Positions 60,919 through 64,000 of a stretch of 64,000 bases of DNA are shown here, one piece after another (positions within the stretch are counted from its first letter, which is position 1; each line of letters begins with the position of its first letter). Made by a program: the position numbers and the translations under genes. This DNA is from an uncultured Gemmatimonadales bacterium. GTDB taxonomy: Bacteria > Gemmatimonadota > Gemmatimonadetes > Gemmatimonadales > Gemmatimonadaceae. Location of the stretch: the NCBI GenBank assembly GCA_963793305.1, contig CAWBZV010000012.1, positions 128,001 through 192,000 of the forward strand, read 5' to 3'. Under the pieces are notes generated by a model. That model saw only the letters and a program-made list of their open reading frames with translations, was not told where the DNA came from and did no database searches.

Positions 60919-62727
60919 TGCGATGTGCGCTTGTCGTGACGATGGCCCTGGCAGGGACAGCAGGAGCTCAATCGCCGTTCACCTGGTCCGAAGTCATGGT
61001 GCCGGTCCGCGACGGCGTGCATCTCCAGACGGTGATCCTCGCACCGGCGAATCAAAGCGGCCCGCTGCCGATCCTGTTCCGCCGAACGCCGTACGGCGTG
61101 CCGGCCAAAGCGCCGGATGCCATGCCCCAGAATCTCAAGGAGCTCGCGCAGGACGGCTACATCTTCGTGATTCAGAATCTGCGCGGCCGGTTCAAGTCGG
61201 AAGGAACGTTCGCGCTGTCCTCGCAGGTCGATCTCGCGGATTCGACGTTGACGAACGAGACGACCGATGCCTACGATAGCATCGAGTGGCTCATTCACCA
61301 CGTGCCGAACACCAACGGCAAGGTCGGCATGTACGGCGTATCGTACGACGGCCTCACGACGGGCCTGGCGCTGTTGCACCCGCACCCGGCGCTCAAAGCC
61401 GTGAGCGAGCAAGCCTCGCCGGTCGATCAGTGGATGAACGACGACGATCATCGCTATGGCGCCTTGCGTGAAAGCTACGACTTCGAGTACGCCGTGCTCG
61501 AGCAGGCGGACAAGAACGCCAACACGCACTTCGCCTTCGAGACGTACGACACGTATGAGTGGTATCTCAAACTCGGCCCATTGTCGAACATCAACGCCCA
61601 ATACTTGCACGGGAAGATTCCGTACTGGAACTCCACGATCGAGCACCCCGATTACGACACGTTCTGGAAGAAGGAAGCGTGGGTGAACCAGCTGCATACA
61701 TCCACCGTCCCCAACCTCAACGTCGCCGGATTCTGGGATCAGGAAGATCCGTGGGGACCCTGGCAGATCTTTCGCCGCGGTGGCGGCCTCATGGTCGCCG
61801 GGCCGTGGTATCACGGTGAGTGGCAAGCGCCGAAGGGCGACAGCATTGGATTGATCGCCGCGGGCGGGCACGAGACATCGCGCGAGTTCCGCGAGAACAT
61901 TGAGGCGCCGTTCTTCCGGTACTATCTCCACGATCAGGGCTCGGCGCCCACGTGGACGGCATCGACGTTCCAGTCCGGCTCGAATACGTGGCGCACGTAT
62001 GATGCGTGGCCGCCGAAGACGTCCAAACCCACCAATCTCTATCTGCTCGCCGATGGCACGCTGAGTTTCGATGCGCCGAAAGTGGTGGGCTCTCGGACCT
62101 ACGTCTCCGACCCGGCGAACCCGGTGCCCTATCGACAGCGGCCGATCTCGCCGACATATCCCGCCGGAGATTGGCGGACATGGGAGGTGGCCGACCAGCG
62201 ATTCGTCGACAACAGGCCGGACGTGCTTACTTACGTCAGCGCCCCGCTGGATCATGACATCACCATTACCGGCCCGGTCGCCGCTGAATTACTCGCATCG
62301 ACGTTCTGGCACCGACGCCGACTTCATCGTCAAGCTGATCGACAAGTACCCGGAGGATTTCCAGCGGCCGGCGTGGGACACGAACGCAGGCCCGAGGCCC
62401 GGCGAGTATGCGCGTTCGATGAACGGCTACGAACTGCCGATCGCCATGGAGATCCGCCGCGGGCGGTATCTGACGGACTACGAGCACCCGCACGCGTTGG
62501 TCGCCGGTCAGGAAACGAAGTGGCCCTTCTCGCTCCGCGACCACGATCACGTTTTCTTAAAAGGCCACCGCATCATGGTGCAGGTGCAATCGACGTGGTT
62601 CCCGGCGATCGACCGGAACCCGCAGAAGTTCGTGCCGAGTATCTACCAGGCCAAGGCTGAGGATTTTGTCAAAGCCACGCAGCGCGTCTACAGCGCTTCA
62701 CACATTATCCTGCCCGTGATACCGTAG
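60918..62727 (+). CDS. CocE/NonD family serine hydrolase (1-bp insertion at ~62304)
   Basis: RTPYG, GVSYDG, GPWYHG, SDPANPVP. Removing one T in GACGTTC restores ASTSGTDADFIVKLID. Confidence 0.88.
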
Positions 62728-63838
62728 CCTTTGGCAAGATGTGCCGGAAGACATCCATGGCTCGGTGCATATCGTCCATCGTGCCGATGGAGACCCGGGC
62801 GTACGTGGTGAGCGGCGGGAACGGCCGTCCGACGAGGACGTTCTGCGCTTTGCACGCCTCCCGGAAGGCCTTCGCGTCCTGTCGCACGTCGACCATGATG
62901 AAGTTCGTGTGCGACGGGACGGACGGATACCCGAACGCGGCGAGCTCGCGTTGCGTCCACTCGCGCGCGTCCTTGTTCTTCGCGTGCTCGCGCTCGATGT
63001 GACTCTTGAGGCCCAGGCTCGCCAGCGCCGCGACGGCGCCCATCCGGTTGACGCCGATCGCCAGGCGTTGCTGGCGGATGTGCTCGAGGGTCTCGGGCTG
63101 GCCGATCGCATAGCCGACGCGGAGCCCAGCCATCCCGAAGACTTTTGAAAATGTCCTGGACACCACCACGCGCGGGTTCTGGAGCGCGAGCGGGATCATC
63201 GACGCGTACTTCGGGTCCTCGACGTACTCGTGGTACGCCTCGTCGACGAGGATGGTCGCGTCCGGCGTGTCGGCGAGAATCTTGGCGATGCACGCCTTGA
63301 CATCATCGCCCGAGTGGACCGTGCCCGTCGGGTTGTTCGGGTTGCAGAGATAGACGAGCCCGGCGCCGCGAGACGCCGTCGCCATGGCGGGCAAGTCGAG
63401 CGCTATCTCCGACGTCACTGGGACAGCCACCACCGGCGTCTTGATCCGCTGCGCATTGTTGCCGGGCGATTCGTAGCTCGGCGCGGCCGTGACGAGCGCG
63501 CGCGTGGGCGACGTGAAGCCGTACACCGCGCTCCGGATCACGTCGGTCGATCCGCACGTCAGCACGACATTGAACTCGGCCACGCCGTCAGTGTCCGCGA
63601 CCGCCCGAGTCAGCTGGGTCACGAGCTCGTCGGGATACCGCGAGGACTCGGCGGCCGCGAGCGTGATCGCCTGGATCGCTTCTTTCGCGGGACCGTTGGG
63701 ATTTTCGTTACGATCCAATCGGACCGCGCTGGCGGAGGCGGCCACCCACTCCAGCTCGGGCAGGTGCAGCGGACCGATAAGGGAGCTGGCGGCGCTGGCT
63801 CCCAGCGTGTGCACGAAGTGCCGACGGGAGAGGCTCAT
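62705..63838 (-). CDS. HisC-like class I/II PLP aminotransferase with twin-arginine signal
   Basis: SRRHF Tat motif, NENP, CNPNNPTG, DEAY, SRTFSKVFGMAGLRVGY. Confidence 0.85.
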   Translation of the reverse strand: MSLSRRHFVHTLGASAASSLIGPLHLPELEWVAASASAVRLDRNENPNGPAKEAIQAITLAAAESSRYPDELVTQLTRAVADTDGVAEFNVVLTCGSTDVIRSAVYGFTSPTRALVTAAPSYESPGNNAQRIKTPVVAVPVTSEIALDLPAMATASRGAGLVYLCNPNNPTGTVHSGDDVKACIAKILADTPDATILVDEAYHEYVEDPKYASMIPLALQNPRVVVSRTFSKVFGMAGLRVGYAIGQPETLEHIRQQRLAIGVNRMGAVAALASLGLKSHIEREHAKNKDAREWTQRELAAFGYPSVPSHTNFIMVDVRQDAKAFREACKAQNVLVGRPFPPLTTYARVSIGTMDDMHRAMDVFRHILPKATVSRAG

Positions 63839-63858
63839 CAGGATATCATAATACAGAT

Positions 63859-64000
63859 ATGACCGACCAGGAGTTTTATCGGATATCGAAGGCGCTGGCC
63901 GACCCCCGGCGATTTCGGGTGCTGCAGCGGATCATGGGGACGGGAGAGGAGGTGTCCTGCCAGCTGCTCCTCAAGGAATTCCCCATCGCGCCAGCGACCA
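63859..64000 (+). CDS. ArsR family regulator (partial, runs off window end)
   Basis: MTDQEFYRISKALADPRRFRVLQRI...SCQLL...PIAPAT. Confidence 0.75.
   Translation, partial: MTDQEFYRISKALADPRRFRVLQRIMGTGEEVSCQLLLKEFPIAPAT

Overview
GC-rich, very gene-dense bacterial window of about 55 genes. The content resembles Gemmatimonadota (SusC/SusD pairs outside Bacteroidota, TPR-CHAT, TPR-HD-GYP, short signal peptides); this taxonomy is an inference. I found no rRNA, tRNA, CRISPR array or mobile element. Main blocks: an amine/amino-acid locus with SusCD pair 1 and an S1 protease; copZ-copA-csoR; ClC/MarR/persulfide dioxygenase-rhodanese; a membrane-anchored TPR-CHAT protease divergent from an ECF sigma and zinc anti-sigma; an ECF-FecR-SusC-SusD cell-surface signalling locus with an S8 protease; a putative sigma54-driven ZU5-like lipoprotein plus TPR-HD-GYP operon; Rid/threonine dehydratase; RND efflux; LytS/LytTR; a Rid-like/MlaE/degenerate-ATPase/MlaD operon; a decayed cbiA; a GH42 beta-galactosidase; CocE; and a Tat-signal HisC-like aminotransferase. 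Best candidates for undescribed systems: (1) an exported caspase/separase-like CHAT protease paired with a sigma/anti-sigma that carries a juxtamembrane TR|G motif; (2) a ZU5-like lipoprotein ending in an HF|S autoproteolysis motif that would release a 10-residue peptide, co-transcribed with a TPR-HD-GYP phosphodiesterase; (3) an MCE transporter with a dead ATPase. Seven genes carry single-base insertions, four of them GACGTC->GACGTTC, and these are probably sequencing artefacts. Many genes appear leaderless. All assignments come from motif recognition only; no database searches were run.
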